Assembly (NCBI GenBank): GCA_043228905.1
Contig: JBHGNT010000012.1
Span: 310,001-374,000, forward strand
DNA length: 64,000 nt
Source: Azolla caroliniana
Taxonomy: Eukaryota > Plantae > Polypodiophyta
Direction of reading: 5' to 3'
Shown: piece by piece, positions 14,002 through 27,800 of the stretch
Position numbering within the stretch: the stretch's first letter is position 1
How the letters are laid out: each line of letters starts with the position of its first letter
Made by a program: the position numbers and the translations under genes
Notes under the pieces: model-generated
Database searches by the model: none
Seen by the model: the letters and a program-made list of their open reading frames with translations, nothing else
What the model was told of the DNA's origin: nothing

Positions 14002-15298
14002 GGAAATAAATACGTGTTCGATTCCAACGCAAGAGGACTCTTTATAAAATAGGGTTTGATTACAATGGCAACTTATAGTTAACCACAAGCTCAATCAAAA
14101 CATAAATACTAAATGCCATTAGAGACAAGAGCAAATCCGAACACGGCGAAGATGAACACACGAGCACTACCAAAATGCCAATCCCAACGAACCACGACTA
14201 CCCGAACGGCGAGCACACAGGCTCACAATGACGAACGGGGCAGAGCAGCATCAAACCAACGAAGCTTGGGCTCACGAGCACTTCGAGTGCTGATGCGAAG
14301 AAGACGAGCATGTGGCAGTGGGGGGATGAAGGGGTATGAGATGAAGAGAAGCGGTGAATAAGAAGATGAAGAGCTCCGAAGGGAAAATGGCGATAGTCTC
14401 CTCCTCCCAAAACGTCCTCTCGAATGAGCCCCTTTTGACCTCCTTTTATAGGAAAAAAAAGAAGGGGAGTCACCAATTTTGTCTTTAATGCAAAAAGGAA
14501 TAGAATTCCTTAAATCACGCTACATTGTAAGACTAAATTTGAATCATGCACCTCTAAGTAGAAGTCAATGTGAATATCGACTATCCCATTAACTCTCTCT
14601 TATATAATATATGATTCTATCTCTATAAATTCTAGCCTATCTCCCCTCTACTTTTTATCTCTCCTCTCTCGTACTTTTGACACAGCCTTCTATGTATCCT
14701 TTCCACCCTTTCTTTTCCCTTTTCTTTTTCATGTGCACAATTAATCGCCTTTGTGTGCACACACATTGCACATGCACATTTTGACCCCCCCCCCCCCCCC
14801 CCCCCCCCCCTTTTTGCCAGTTTTTCCCACTCTCGAGCACTCCGCATCACGACATTCACCCCCACCAAACCGCACATCCTCCGGTATGTGCCAAGAATGG
14901 TGGGCTGAGGGTGGTCAATAGTTCATTTCCTCCTCATTGACCCCATGGCTTGTTGTTTGCTTGCCTTTATCTTCGTCAAGATCCTTGAGGTTTGGCTCCC
15001 TGTCATGTCGCTTTTTGAAGATTTTGACCCGCTTCTCGGCTATTGGTACTGCCAGCTTAGTCCTATCAAGTTCAACGAGATGGTAGGTAGCATTATCGTT
15101 TGCACTCATTACCATGTACGGCCCGAACCATCGCTTTACGAATTTCCGCATTGAGCTATGTTGATTGTCGAGACTACTATCACATACAATCACCCATTCT
15201 CCTTCTTCGATCTTCTGAGGGCGTAGTCGGTGTGTCTTGTCGAACCGGGCTTTGTAACTTAGCCTAGCCGCTTCTAACCTCTCCTTTGCGAACTCCAA
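14002..15298 (-). mobile_element. Phygy-like Gypsy 3' end: integrase tail, PPT and U3 half of LTR family A
   Basis: INT tail RWFGPYMV..TYHLVELD at 14915-15298. LTR edge CACGACA at ~14853 with the PPT adjacent. 14041-14545 matches 20844-21345. Confidence 0.85.
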
Positions 15299-15429
15299 GT
15301 CTTCAGGTCTTCTCTCAAGTTGCCTTATCCTTGTTGCTAGAAGCTATTCTCGACTCATCTCATCTTCCCACGACATCGCTACCCATGACGCGATCATGTC
15401 TTCAATGGGCATCACCGGCTTTTATCTAT

Positions 15430-16044
15430 ACATTCGTGTTTCTTTCTTTCCTTCTTTCTTTGTTCGTGTCTTCCTTGTATGTTCGGCCGTCTTTTGAGAC
15501 GAGGGCGCGTTTAGCGCGTGCCCATGCACCTCTCATAAAGACGTACGAGCATTTGTGTGTGTGTTTGTGTCTTCCTTGTACGTTCGGCCGTCTTGTGACA
15601 AGGGACCGTTTCGGGCGTGCCCATGCACCTCTCCTCCTCATAAAGGCATACGAGCATTTGTGCGTGAGTTTTGTGTCTTCCTTGTACGTTCGACGTCTTG
15701 TGACGAGGGAGCGTTCGGGCGTGCCCATGCACCTCTCCTCCTCATAAAGACATACGGGCATTCGTGTTTGTGTTATCGTCCCCTTGTGCGTTCATCTTGC
15801 GTGCTCATCTTGCTTGTACTCGTTTGATCACTTGGCTCGTGCGGTGATCTTGAAAGGTCGATCGGTCGTGATCAACGAGAGCCACCGGCCTCACAAAACA
15901 AAGGGTAACGAGCCCTTGTTCAGGAAGGGGGAAGTAGTATTGTCGTAAACAAAACCTCAGGTCTTCTCTATCCCTTGACTACTCCCTAGTCCAAGACCCC
16001 CGTGGTCCTGCCCAAGTAACACACGCGCGCAAAACTTCGCGACA
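15430..16044 (+). repeat. U5 half of LTR family A with three 105-bp units
   Basis: Reverse complement of 19666-20808. Ends in TTCGCGACA. Confidence 0.88.
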
Positions 16045-17400
16045 CCGAAGTCGATCACCCAAGTGCATTCTTCTCTTGCAAGATTTGCACTTGCCTATTA
16101 ACAAATTAACAGTAGTTCTTCATTGGTCGTAGCAATGGCCGAAGTGTTCTTTTCATCAGGAATCTTCCTGGGTTTGACATTATTACCGACACTCTGGTCC
16201 TTCTTAAGATGTCGATAGTCCTTCTAGAAATGTCTAGGCTTTCCACAATAAAAGCATGTTAGCTTACATCTAGACTTCGATCTAGCATGGGCATTTTCTC
16301 ACCTTTGTGGACTCCTTTGCCGATTCCTTCCTCTATCCGAATGTTGTGACACATTCGCATCTGAATGAGACTGCACACCCTTGTCCTTCCTTCTCGCTTC
16401 CTCATTCAAGATGCTTGTCTTCACCACTTGTAAAGACAAGTTCTCTTCTTGACAGGAGGTGCTAAGAGTAACCACCAGGTTCTCCTTGCTATCGGGCAGT
16501 GTGCACATTAGTAGGATGGCCTGCATCACATCATCAAGGGGAAACTTGGTTGCAACAAGTTGATTTATATACCCCATGAATATGATTATGTGTTCGATGA
16601 TGCTCTCACCATCTCTGTATTTCAGTCGTATGATCTTTCTCATCAATGAGGTTTTATTTCGAGTGTTCTTCCTCTCGTATAGACTTGATAGCTTCTGGCA
16701 CATCTCGTCAGCATTTGTGTCGTTCACCACATACTAAAGGACACTTACATCGACACACTGTCGGATGGTGGCCACCTCCTTTCTGTTTAAGAAGTTTCCA
16801 TTCCGACTCTAATATCCCCATGGGTATTTATACTCTATTAATCAGCTCGTACAAGTCTTTGACTATGAGATGGTCCTCCATCTTTATCTTCCAGTCTGCA
16901 TAGTTCTATGAGTTTAGAACTATCAAACCTGGGAAGCCACTCACACCTCCTTCCATGCTTGCACCTTAAGCTCTGATACTAGTTTGATGGGATTAGCTCC
17001 CTTCTAATCGTGAGAAAATCCGACTGTGGAATATACAATATCACGGAAAGATAGAGACACGGCAAATACATGAATACACAGTTTTACGTGGAAACACTAA
17101 ATGAGGAAAACCATGGGAATAGAGATTCCAGTATACACAAGAGAGTATAGAAAAACAGTTACAATCTTCTCTGACACATACAGAGGATAACCCACTTAGG
17201 GTTCTTAGCAAGTTCGTTGAACTTTGCTACCGCTCTCTCTCACGCTCACACACACTCACTTCTCAACTCACAACACACTACTCGTTTGCCGTAGATGTAT
17301 TTATACCCATACATCATATGGGTTATTTACAAATGTAGCTCCTACTACACATCACTACTATTATTATCTATAATAATAAGTAGCCATAAACTGACTCTAG
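16045..17400 (-). mobile_element. Ty1/Copia 5' part (LTR, tRNA-iMet PBS, gag, start of protease)
   Basis: LTR edge at 16985. PBS TAGTATCAGAGC at 16970-16981. Gag NYADWKIKMED..., a CFYCGKPRH knuckle and the protease motif WVIDFG at the 16045 junction. Confidence 0.88.
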
Positions 17401-17401
17401 T

Positions 17402-17557
17402 GTCGACTTTGACGAGATATTCGCACCAGTCGTGAAGATGACATCCATCCGAACTGTTCTGAGCATAGCTGCCAACATGGACTTAGAGATGGAACAGTTG
17501 GATGTCAAGACGACATTATTGCGCGGGGAACTGGATGAAGAGATCTACATGCAGCAG
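17402..17557 (+). pseudogene. Copia reverse transcriptase fragment
   Basis: VDFDEIFAPVVKMTSIRTVLSIAANMDLEMEQLDVKTTLLRGELDEEIYMQQ. Confidence 0.9.
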
Positions 17558-17688
17558 GTGGCTTGCTCGTTGGGTTGTAGTACCCCATTTCGGTATTGAT
17601 CGGCTTGATGCCATGGATTCAATCGTTCTTGTTATATACATATATGAATATAGTGTTACATATCGTGTTTGTATTTGTTAGTCATTAG

Positions 17689-17733
<45 letters not shown>

Positions 17734-18042
17734 ACTGGTATGTGTGCGTGTGTGTACCTCTCTCTCTCTCTCAATTGGTTGCATCCGTCATGGTTGAGAT
17801 GACGACTTGGCCAACATCCTAGTCGAAGTGCTAGATACCCACGAAGCTAGGTTCCCTTGTCACCGTTTCTCCCTAGTCCAAGACCTTGATGGTCCCACCC
17901 AAGCCGACCCGCAAAGCCATGGATTTTTGCGAGAACGGGATAATTAATGGTCATGTCCGTAACAAGTAGGGTAGACATGGAATGATCCCACACATGATCC
18001 AAAGCATACACCCCAATCTTGATCGTGTGTGTGGGGGTATCA

Positions 18043-21000
18043 TTATGCATTTACAATCGTGGGCTTTGCCACTTCTTGCTCCGTTGAGAGCCGCTTCCTC
18101 TTCATTAGGTCGATGATGACCTCGTGGAATTCTTTCTTGGAAATTCCGAGGACCTCTCGCAGAGTAAACTCTACACGACTATCGAGGATCCTTTCCTCCA
18201 CTACCTTCTTCAAGTCCATTGCTTGTTCGATCTCCGAGCAAAGCTTGAAGTTGGGGGGGTTCCCCTTCTCTTTCCATCTTTCGTCACGTGCTTGAGACTG
18301 GTTCGGCTCTTCCCTTCTTCGTGCACCTCGAGCGTCGTATTTACTTGATGGACCGGCTCCCTCGTCATTTCCTACCCTCTTCTCTTCTACCATTACTTCG
18401 TAGTTTTGGCAAGCGGCTTCCACTAAGCCCGTCTTTTCTTCCACCCGGTTGCTTCTTGGACCCTTCTTTCCACTTCGTCCACTTCTTCTCTTTTGAACTT
18501 TCCCTTAGAGAGGCTTCCAAGGATTGATGGCCAAAAGTCAAACTCTTTCTCCTCTTGCCTCTTCACCTCTTTCCCCACTCGGATCCCAGCCGACGCCGAG
18601 TAGTGGACGGCTTCAACATGTCGTGCTTCGGCCTCCTCCATTAGCCTTCTCATGCCCCCTCGGCCTTGATTCAATCCCAAGGGGCACCTTGTCTCTGTTG
18701 AATAGACCCTATTGTTCCAAAGATACACAATATCCCTTCTTAGGGCCTCTTTAAAGTCTCCACACTCCCTTCGTAGGTGGTCGGGATTGTCGCACCACAT
18801 ACATTTTTGCGCAAACAGGGGACGTCCATCTTGAGGGCCGCCACTCTCTCTCCTAGCTTGTGCTATTTGGAGATCTCACACCATCTTTGTGAGCTCGTCA
18901 ATTGCCGACCCTCCCGACGGTGCTTCAACCATGTTTCTCTCGGGGACGAACCTTGCATTTGCTTGCACTCTTTCGACTAATGGAGCCTGTGGATGTTTGG
19001 CCGCTCAACGGAGACCCGTCATTCCATTCCCTTCTCTTATCGAAGCGACTACAAACCCGTTTTACCATAGCCCAATCCGTCATGAGCCCATCATCAGTTT
19101 CGAGGAGGAGCCCCACCTTCTCTCGGTCTCGTGCATCAACAACATTTATGAATAGTAGGACCTTGCTTGTGTCAAGCATCATCCTATCGAGAGCCGAGCG
19201 TCCCGTGAAGCACTTCTCAAATTCTTGTAGAAGTACCATACTATTTCTCCTCTTGCCGGGAAGCTCAACCCACTCCATTAGATCCCTTTTCGAAATTCTG
19301 AGTAAGTCATCAAGTTCGTACTTCTCGAGGAGTCTTTCTTCGAACTCCACCCAATTGCAATAGTCCGCTTGGATCTCAAGTACCCATGCGTGGATACTCG
19401 GCGTTACTACTCTAGTGAATCCGATAAGCCGCCTATCTTTGGGGACGTTTCGCATAAGCATTTCAGCCTTATAGGCATCCAAGTAGCTCGTGGTATCTCT
19501 TCCATTGAACCGACCCGTTGTGTTGACCACTGTCTCTATGGCCCGGTCTAGGCCGATGATGCCTTCTCGGGCATTTACCAAGCGGTCCACCGCCGCCGCC
19601 ATCACTTCAGCGAATTCTCCTCCTCGCATCTTGGTTCTCCCTTTCATGTCGGGTTCACCGATTTATGTCGCGAAGTTTCGCGCGCGTGTGTTACTTGGGC
19701 GGGACCACGGGGGTCTTGGACTAGGGAGTACTCAAGGGATAGAGAAGACCCGAGGTTTGCTTTACGACAATATACTTCCCCCTTCCCAAGCAAGGGCTCG
19801 TTGCCCTTTGTTTTGTGAGGCCGGTGGCTCTCGTTGAACACGACTCATTGACCTTTCGAGATCACCGCACGAGCCAAGTGATCAAACGGGTACAAGCAAG
19901 ATGAGCATGCAAGATGAACGCACAAGGTGACGATAACACAAACACGAATGACGTATGTCTTTATGAGGAGGAGAGGTGCATGGGCACGCCCAAACGCTCC
20001 CTCGTCACAAGATGTCAAATGTACGAGGAAGACACAAAACACACACACAAAATCTCGTACGCCTTTATGAGGAGGAGAGGTGCATGGGCAAGCCCGAAAC
20101 GGTCCCTCGTCACAAGACGACCGAACGTACAAGGAAGACACAAACACACGCACAAAATGCTCGTACGCCTTTATGAGGAGGAGAGGTGCATGGGCAAGCC
20201 CGAAATGGTCCCTTGTCACAAGATGGCCGAACGTACAAGGAAGACACAAACACACGCACAAATGCTCGTACGCCTTTATGAGGAGGAGAGGTGCATGGGC
20301 AAGCCTGAAACGGTCCCTTGTCACAAGATGGCCGAACGTACAAGGAAGACACAAACACATGCACAAATGCTCGTACGTCTTTATGACGAGGAGAGGTGCA
20401 TGGGCACGCCCGAAACGCTCCCTCGTCACAAGACGGCCGAACGTACAAGGGAAGACACAAACACAAGCACAAATGCTCATACGCCTTTATGAGGAGGAGA
20501 GGTGCATGGGCAAGCCCGAAACGGTCCCTCGTCAGTAGATGGCCGAACGTACAAGGAAGACACAAACACATGCACAAAATGCTCGTACGCCTTTATGAGG
20601 AGAGGTGCATGGGCAAGCCCGAAACGGTCCCTCGTCACAAGACGGCCAAACGTACAAGGAAGACACAAACACACGCACAAATGCTCGTACATCTTTATCA
20701 GGAGGAGAGGTGCATGGGCACGCCCGAAACTCTCTCGCTTCACAAAAGACGGCCGAACGTACAAGGAAGACACGAACAAAGAAAGAAGGAAAGAAAGAAA
20801 CACGAATGATATCGGCCAATGAAATAAATACTCAAGAGCACCCTTTATAAAATAGGGTTTGATTACAATGGCAACTTATAGTTAACCACAAGCTCAATCA
20901 AAACATAAATACTAAATGCCCTTAGAGACAAGAGCAAATCCGAACACGGCGAAGATGAGCACACGAGTACCACCAAAATGCCAATCCCAACGAACCACGA

Positions 21001-21349
21001 CCACTCGAACGGCGAGCACACGGGCTCGGAACGACGAACGGGGCGGACCAATGTCGAACCAACGAAGTTGGGGCTCACGAGCACTTCGAGTGCCGACGTG
21101 AAGAAGATGAGCACGTGGCGGTGGGGGGATGAAGGGGTATGAGATGAAGAGAGGCGGTGAATAAGAAGATGAAGAGCTCCGAAGGAAAAATGGCGATAGT
21201 CTCCTCCTCCCAAAACATCCTCTCGAATAAGCCCCTCTCGACCTCCTTTTATAGGAAAAAAAGAAGGGGGGTCGCCAATTTCGTCTTTAATACAAAAAGG
21301 AATAAAATTCCTTAAATCACGCTACATTGTAAGACTAGATTTGAACCGT
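18043..21349 (-). mobile_element. Phygy-like Gypsy 5' part (LTR family A, tRNA-Trp PBS, gag)
   Basis: LTR 19666-21349, cut by the insertion at 21350. PBS CGGTGAACCCGACATGA at ~19644-19660. Gag RFNGRDTTSYL and a CMWCDNPDHLRREC knuckle. Confidence 0.88.
19960..20780. repeat. Tandem array of ~105 bp x 8 inside the LTR
   Basis: GAGGAGGAGAGGTGCATGGGCA starts at ~19965, 20069, 20175, 20280, 20385, 20491, 20597 and 20699. Confidence 0.95.
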
Positions 21350-24300
21350 TGTCGCATTGTTATGCATGTGCGTGTAGAAGGGGCGGGACCACGGGTGTCT
21401 CGGACGAGAAATAACCGAATGAGAAGAGGGAAAGGAAACTACCGATGTTGCAACTAACTCTGAACAATGGAGACAAAACGAATGTATAGCTATATACAAT
21501 TCAAGGAGTTACAACCGGCAAGCTGGTGAGTGATAGGGTTTGATGCTTGCACACACAAACACACAACGCGAGATGAAGACTCTGCCGGAAGGACTTGGCG
21601 TTCCGCGGAGCAGGGTCAGCCTCCCGAAAGCCTACACAAAACGACTATGGAGAAGACAGAGGAGAAGAGCTTCGTCCTCCATAAAACGCAATACCCCCTT
21701 TTACAATACCTCTCCCTCTCTTTTATAACCCAAGGAGGGAGGCCGTTACCACCCGTTACATCATGTTTATTCCCTGTCCTTTCGGATAGGGATACGCCTC
21801 GATTTTCTCCCTAATGAATGCGTGCTACCTAGGATTTCGCCTCAGCCGACTTGTACCTATCTACGTACTATACAACAAAACTTGTGCCCACGTGTAAGGG
21901 CCGGTTTACGCACGTTATACCCGGGTTCCGCCTAGGGACGGTTTTCTCCACGACATCCGCCCCCACCTAACCGCGCATCCACCGGTATGCGCCAAAATTA
22001 GACTCTTGCCGGAGAAGACCGGCCCACGCTTATCCTTCGTCTTCTGGATCAACATCCGTTCCGAGCCGGTCGTTGTCGCCATCCAGGTCGTCCGGGTGTG
22101 CGGTTCAGCCTCGTGCCTCTTTTTGAATGCTTTGATTCTTTTCCCCACCACCGGTACCGCCATCCTTGTCCCATCGAGCACCGCGAGATGGTAGGTCCCA
22201 TTGTCGTTGGCGCTTGTCACCACATAAGGCCCGAACCACCCTCTTGCAACCTTCCCATTGCCCTGTGCTGGTTGTCGAGGCTGCTGTCATACACTAGAAC
22301 CCAGTCGCCTTCCTCGATCTTCATTGGTCTCAGTCGGTGAATCCGGTCGAACCATGCTTTGTTCTTTACCCTCGCCACCCGTAGCTTCTCCACGGCTCGG
22401 TCCACGTCCTCCGGTCTTCGCTCCAGCTGCCGAATCTGTGCCACTAACGGCTCCTCCCGGCTCATCTCGTCTTTCTAGTCCACCGTGGCTCATGAGGAGA
22501 TTGTCTGCTTTGTTGGCATGATCGGCTTTTGCCCGTACATTAGCTCTGCTGGCATAAACCCGGTTACCGAACTGTGCGTGGTTCGGTCCGCCCACAATGC
22601 ATAGGGTAAGAGCCGCGGCCAGTTCCCGACTTGGCCTCTACACGCCCGTACTAACGCTCCATGTCCGCGCTCCACCTTCCCGTTAGCCTCCGGATTGTAT
22701 GCTGTGGTGAGCAAGAGTTTAATCCCTAGCCAGTCAAACAACTCTTCCGCCTCTTGCGCGTCCAATTCTCCGCAATCGGCCACGATCTTACCTACGCACC
22801 CGTCCCGGCATACCACTTCTTCGATCAAAAATCGGCACACGGCCGCGATCGTTTTGTTCTGCAACGCTCGGCCTTCCACCTCGTTCGTCAGGTCCTCCCA
22901 AGCCAGCACCAGATACCGCATCTGCCCTACCCCCATCGACATCGTCACCAGATCCACCATCCACTTAAAGTGGACAGTCAGAGGGTAGGTTGGGTGAAGC
23001 TCGTCTCGATTTCGGACTATGGAGTGCACCTGACAGCTTTCACAAGTCGTCACGAACCGATGCACGTCCCGGTATAGTCCTGACCACCAGTACTTCCCCT
23101 TTAGCTTCTCGAATCTGGCCCACGTCCCGCGGTGTCCGGCCCAGGGACTCTCGTGGTATGCCGTCAACAATTCTTCTTACTCCTCTTTCTTCACCACCAC
23201 TCGGAGTGGGATGCCGTTTCTCTTCTTCGGGTGCTTCCATATGCTCCCGTCCCGTAGGAAGAATCAGTACGCTTTCTTCCAAATCCAGTTGGTCTCTTCC
23301 TTCGTCCACGTCGGGTCTGGTGTCATTGCCTTTAGGAACCCGCCGATCTGGAGCCACTCCCCATCGTACTTGCTCTCGTTGAATTCGTTAAGCGCCGAAG
23401 TGCTCCCCTTTCTTGTTGTTACGTAAGCCACCTTGAAGAAGTCCACGCCGACTTCCTTGTCCTCCGAAACCATGCCGTCCTCTTCATCAAACCTCGCTCT
23501 CGAAAGCATGTCGGCCATGGCATTGTCCTTTCCGGAAATGTGTCGTATTTCCGGATTCAGGGACTTGATGTACGTTATCCACCTGAGCATTGCCAGGTCC
23601 GACGTCGCGCATCCGGAAACCATGCCGAGAATCGACAGGCAGTCCATCTCGACTATCACCTCTGTCCCGATTAGGTAGTCTTTATCGGCCTTGACCGCCG
23701 AAACGATACCCTAGAGTTCGCGTTTAACCTGGGCGTATCCTCGTTGTCGCTCACTGAGGACTTTCACGCCGAACCGGATGGGGAACCTCGCGCCATCGTC
23801 ATCCTCTTGGTTGATCACCCATCCTATCCCGGTCGGACTCGTGTCTACAGTCACGTAAATCGGAGTGTCTTTGCCGTAGACAACCTTTCGGAGCGCCGGT
23901 GCCGCGACAAGTGCTTCTTTCATCTTCCGGACCGACTCCGTATGCTCGTCTCCCCACTCAAATATACGCCCTTTCTTCAGCAACCCATAGAGTGGCTCTA
24001 CGACGTGGGTGTAATGCGGGATCCAGATATGGTAGAACGCACATGCTCCCAGGCATCTCCGAACCTCCGTAACCGAATTGCAGTCTTGCTACATCGTAGA
24101 GATGGCCTCCACCTTGGCCGGAGACGGTTTCCGACCGTATCGCCCGCATAGGTGTCCAACAACCATGATCTCCGATTGCCTGAAGGCCGATTTTCCCTGG
24201 AGAAGGTGAGCCTCACGCCTTCTAGTCTTTGCAATACCTTCTCGCAATCATCAATGTGAGCCGCCACGAATTTCTGACATTCGTCCGGTCCAATTGTCTC

Positions 24301-24887
24301 GTCCTTTCCTCCACCAAGCATCCTTTGATCGGAATGTCATCTAAGAATGACATGGTGATGTTCGGGATACAATCCCTCAACACTTTGTTCATTGCGTTCA
24401 CCATGTGGGCTACCGAGTTCGTCCCTCCTTGCAGGAGGGTACACATCCGCATTAGGCTGAGAGGAGTCTGCATCGTCATAATGTCCCTACTCTCCATGGC
24501 TAGTTGGAACTGATCGTACCCCGAGTACAGATCACCGACTAAGTAAATCGACCTTCCGGCGAAGGCCTCCGCGAATTCATCTATGGTCGGTCCGATTCTT
24601 GCGTTGCGAATGGTCACCTTGTTGACCGGATGCAGGTCTTGAATAAAGCGCAATGTGCCGTTCTTCTTTGGCACGGTAAACCACCGATTCGAGTATGGGG
24701 CACTCGACGGTTCGAGGATGCCCATCTCCACCTTCTGTTTCAGCATCTCCAACAGCTTCGGGATGTGAGCTCTGGGTACCGAAATCGGTTTGAGATTCCA
24801 CGACACATGCGGTACCATGAAGATCACCATTGGTTCCACAACCGTCCCCCCAGATCTCCTCTGGTGAGAATGTGAAAGCCTTCCCGT

Positions 24888-27800
24888 TGTCGTGCCTTTC
24901 AGCGCCAGATCGTTGTGTGAGTCGGGTGGGAACTGTTGGGGTTTTGGACTAGGAGGAAGAAGAATTTGAGACGATTCTAATTATGAATAGATTATTAGAA
25001 ACTTGTGAATCCCACAAGTATAATGTATTTTATTGATTAATATTTATGTAAGAATATGTATTTAGATTGATATGGAAAGATATAGAAATCTCGTGAATCC
25101 CACGAGTATAGTTTATTAATTGGTGCTTTAGGAAATATATCCAATTTCCCAAATATTTCACACCCATTACATTGTGCTCCTCATCCTTATATAGAGATAA
25201 GAGAGTCTTTTCCAACCCATGCATTTTCTCTAACTATAGACTCCATGCTTTTTCTATAGATAGACTATATGCTTTATCTAAAGTGATCATGCTTTTTCTA
25301 ACTTGTGCGTTTTTCATAAACTATAGTGTTCATACATGCTAGAGGTGCATGCGTAGTTTTTTATTTATTTTTTAGCATGCGTTTTCTTTGAGCTAAAGTT
25401 TATCCTAGGTGAACTTAGTTTTCTATGTGGAACTTAGCTTTCTAAATGCTAGTGCAATGCTAAGACATTACATTATTAACATGGAGGTGCAAGGTTTGAA
25501 TCTTGCCCTATGTATGTTATATATATTTTAATATTTTCTACTATTTATTCATATTTATTAAATTGGTACTTTATAAGTTTTTCACGTAGTGTACGAAATA
25601 CACTACGACACTCACCCCCTCCGAACCCACACATCCTCCGGTATGTGCCGAAGTTGTCGATGATTGTTAGTCTCGTCCGTCCGTTCTCCGCATGGTTGGT
25701 TTCTTTGCCGGTCATTTTTGGTTGCCGGCCCCGTTTGGTCTCCGGTTTTTGGTTGTCGACTCCGCCCGGTTTCCAGTTCTGTTCGGTTGCAGGTTCTATC
25801 CAGTCTCCAATTACCGGCCCTCGTAATTCTTCTTTACTTGTAGTACCCTCCGTTTCTCTTGCTATGTCGGCTTTGTCTCTCCATTTTGAACACATCCATT
25901 CTTTCCACCCGAACCATTGTCGTCATCCGATCCACCATAGTCTTTGTTCGCTTTTTGCATTGCTATGGCCCGCTTGGTCCTTGTCATCCGTGGTAGTGTC
26001 TTTGCTTGGCCTCTTCCTTGTCTTTATCAATATTGATTTCTTTTCGGATCTCCGGTTGAGTCGGATTAGCTTCTTTCCGATTCGGTATCGTCTGATCGTC
26101 TTTCGGTTGGATCGGCTTCCATTCCGATTCGTATTCGGCTGATTTCGGACTCGGTTGATTGGTTTTTACCGATTCAGTCCCCTTCCGGATCTGTGTCGAC
26201 CGATTGGTTTTCGTCTAGATTTTCTTTCTTTTCTTTGTTTTCACCGGTCTCGACCGGTTTGACTTCCGAAACTTCTTTCCGGATCGGTCTCATTCGATTG
26301 ACTTCTGGTTGGAATGATTTCCATCCGTGTCGAACTCTCGGATTTTGTCCGGATCCACTTCCACTTGCTTTAGCTTTCTTTTAGACCGGAATTTCGGACG
26401 GATCATCTTCCATCCGAACCGGCTTCCGACTTTACCTTCCTTGCCGCCATCTCCCGTCTCTCCGGTCTCACGTTGGTTCTCGGACGCAACCGCCGAAGTC
26501 TCTAGGATTAGTGCGCATGAACCCTCGGTATTATCATCCTCTATCATTTCAACCATAGCCACCTTCTCAGCTATCTCTCCGTCGTATGAATCGGCTTCGA
26601 CCTTTGTTTTCTCTCCACCACCTTCCATCTCTTCGGTCTCACGTTGCCTTTCGAACGCAACCGCCGGAGTCTCTGGAATCAGTGGTGAGGAAGTCTCGAT
26701 ATGGCCATCCGCCATTGATTCATGATTCGATGTCCTCTTTCGTGGCGACCTCCTCAATCAAGTCCTCATTGCTCTCTTTCACTGCATCAATTATGCAAAT
26801 ATCAATTATGCTTACCCCTTTTTCACCCGATGTTTCGGACACTTGTATTCCGAAATCTTCTTCTACACTTGGGTTATCGGCCTTATCCTTCGTCGTCGTT
26901 CTTTCGCAAGACAAGAGGGTAGCTTGTTTTACACCCTCTTCCGTCGCACCATCATGTTGTATTTCGGCCTTCATATCGGCTCCATCGTTTGTCCTCAATC
27001 GACCATCCTTCATCGGCCATGTCGTTGACAACATTCTCATCTTCCTCTCATCATGTCTCCGGCATACCCTTTGGACTTTGGCCCAATCTTCGGTAAGACC
27101 ATTCGCACTGTCATCGTCTTCGAGTTCGATTCCGATGTCCATCCTTTCTTTTTGATCGATCGATTTTACGAACATCAGGACTTTATCCTCTCTCACCAAT
27201 CTTTGTTCCCGCTTCGAGAGTCGAGCAAAACGATGCTCGAACTCTAGGAATACTTGTGTTGCACTCCTGTAGGTCTTCTCTGATGCCACCCATTCGTCGA
27301 ATTCTCATCGATCTTGTCCCTTCGATCTCTTGAAATCATATGCCTCTCGTAAAGCTTCTTCAAAGGACTCCCATGTCGGGTTTTGTTGCCCTATTTTATG
27401 GATTCTCTCTTGTAACTCATCTGTGACTACTCGATTGAAGGATGTCACTTGCAATCCTTCTAGTATTCCACATCGCATCATCTCGGCCTTGTATTCGCAT
27501 AGATAGCGTGACACATCCTTTCCGTCGAATTCCCCGTTTCTTTGCACAAGCCACGCTACTACCGATTTCATCTCCGACATTGTGTGTTGCTCTTCTTGCA
27601 TCCGCTTAATCATCATCATCATCATATTCATTGCTTCTTGTTGATTCACCACCTCCTTACCACCCCTCTTCACGTCGGGTTCACCACTTGTGTCGTGCCT
27701 TTCGGCGCCAGATCGTTGCGTGAGTCGGGTGGGAACCGCTAGGGTTTTGGACTAGGAGTATGTAAGAATATGTATTTAGATTGATAGAGAAAGATATAGA

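Noticed and set aside
19845-20850. Many overlapping ORFs of 100-210 aa, or a CRISPR-like array
   Set aside because: These arise from a 105-bp (35-codon) tandem unit within an LTR. There are no unique spacers and no cas genes.
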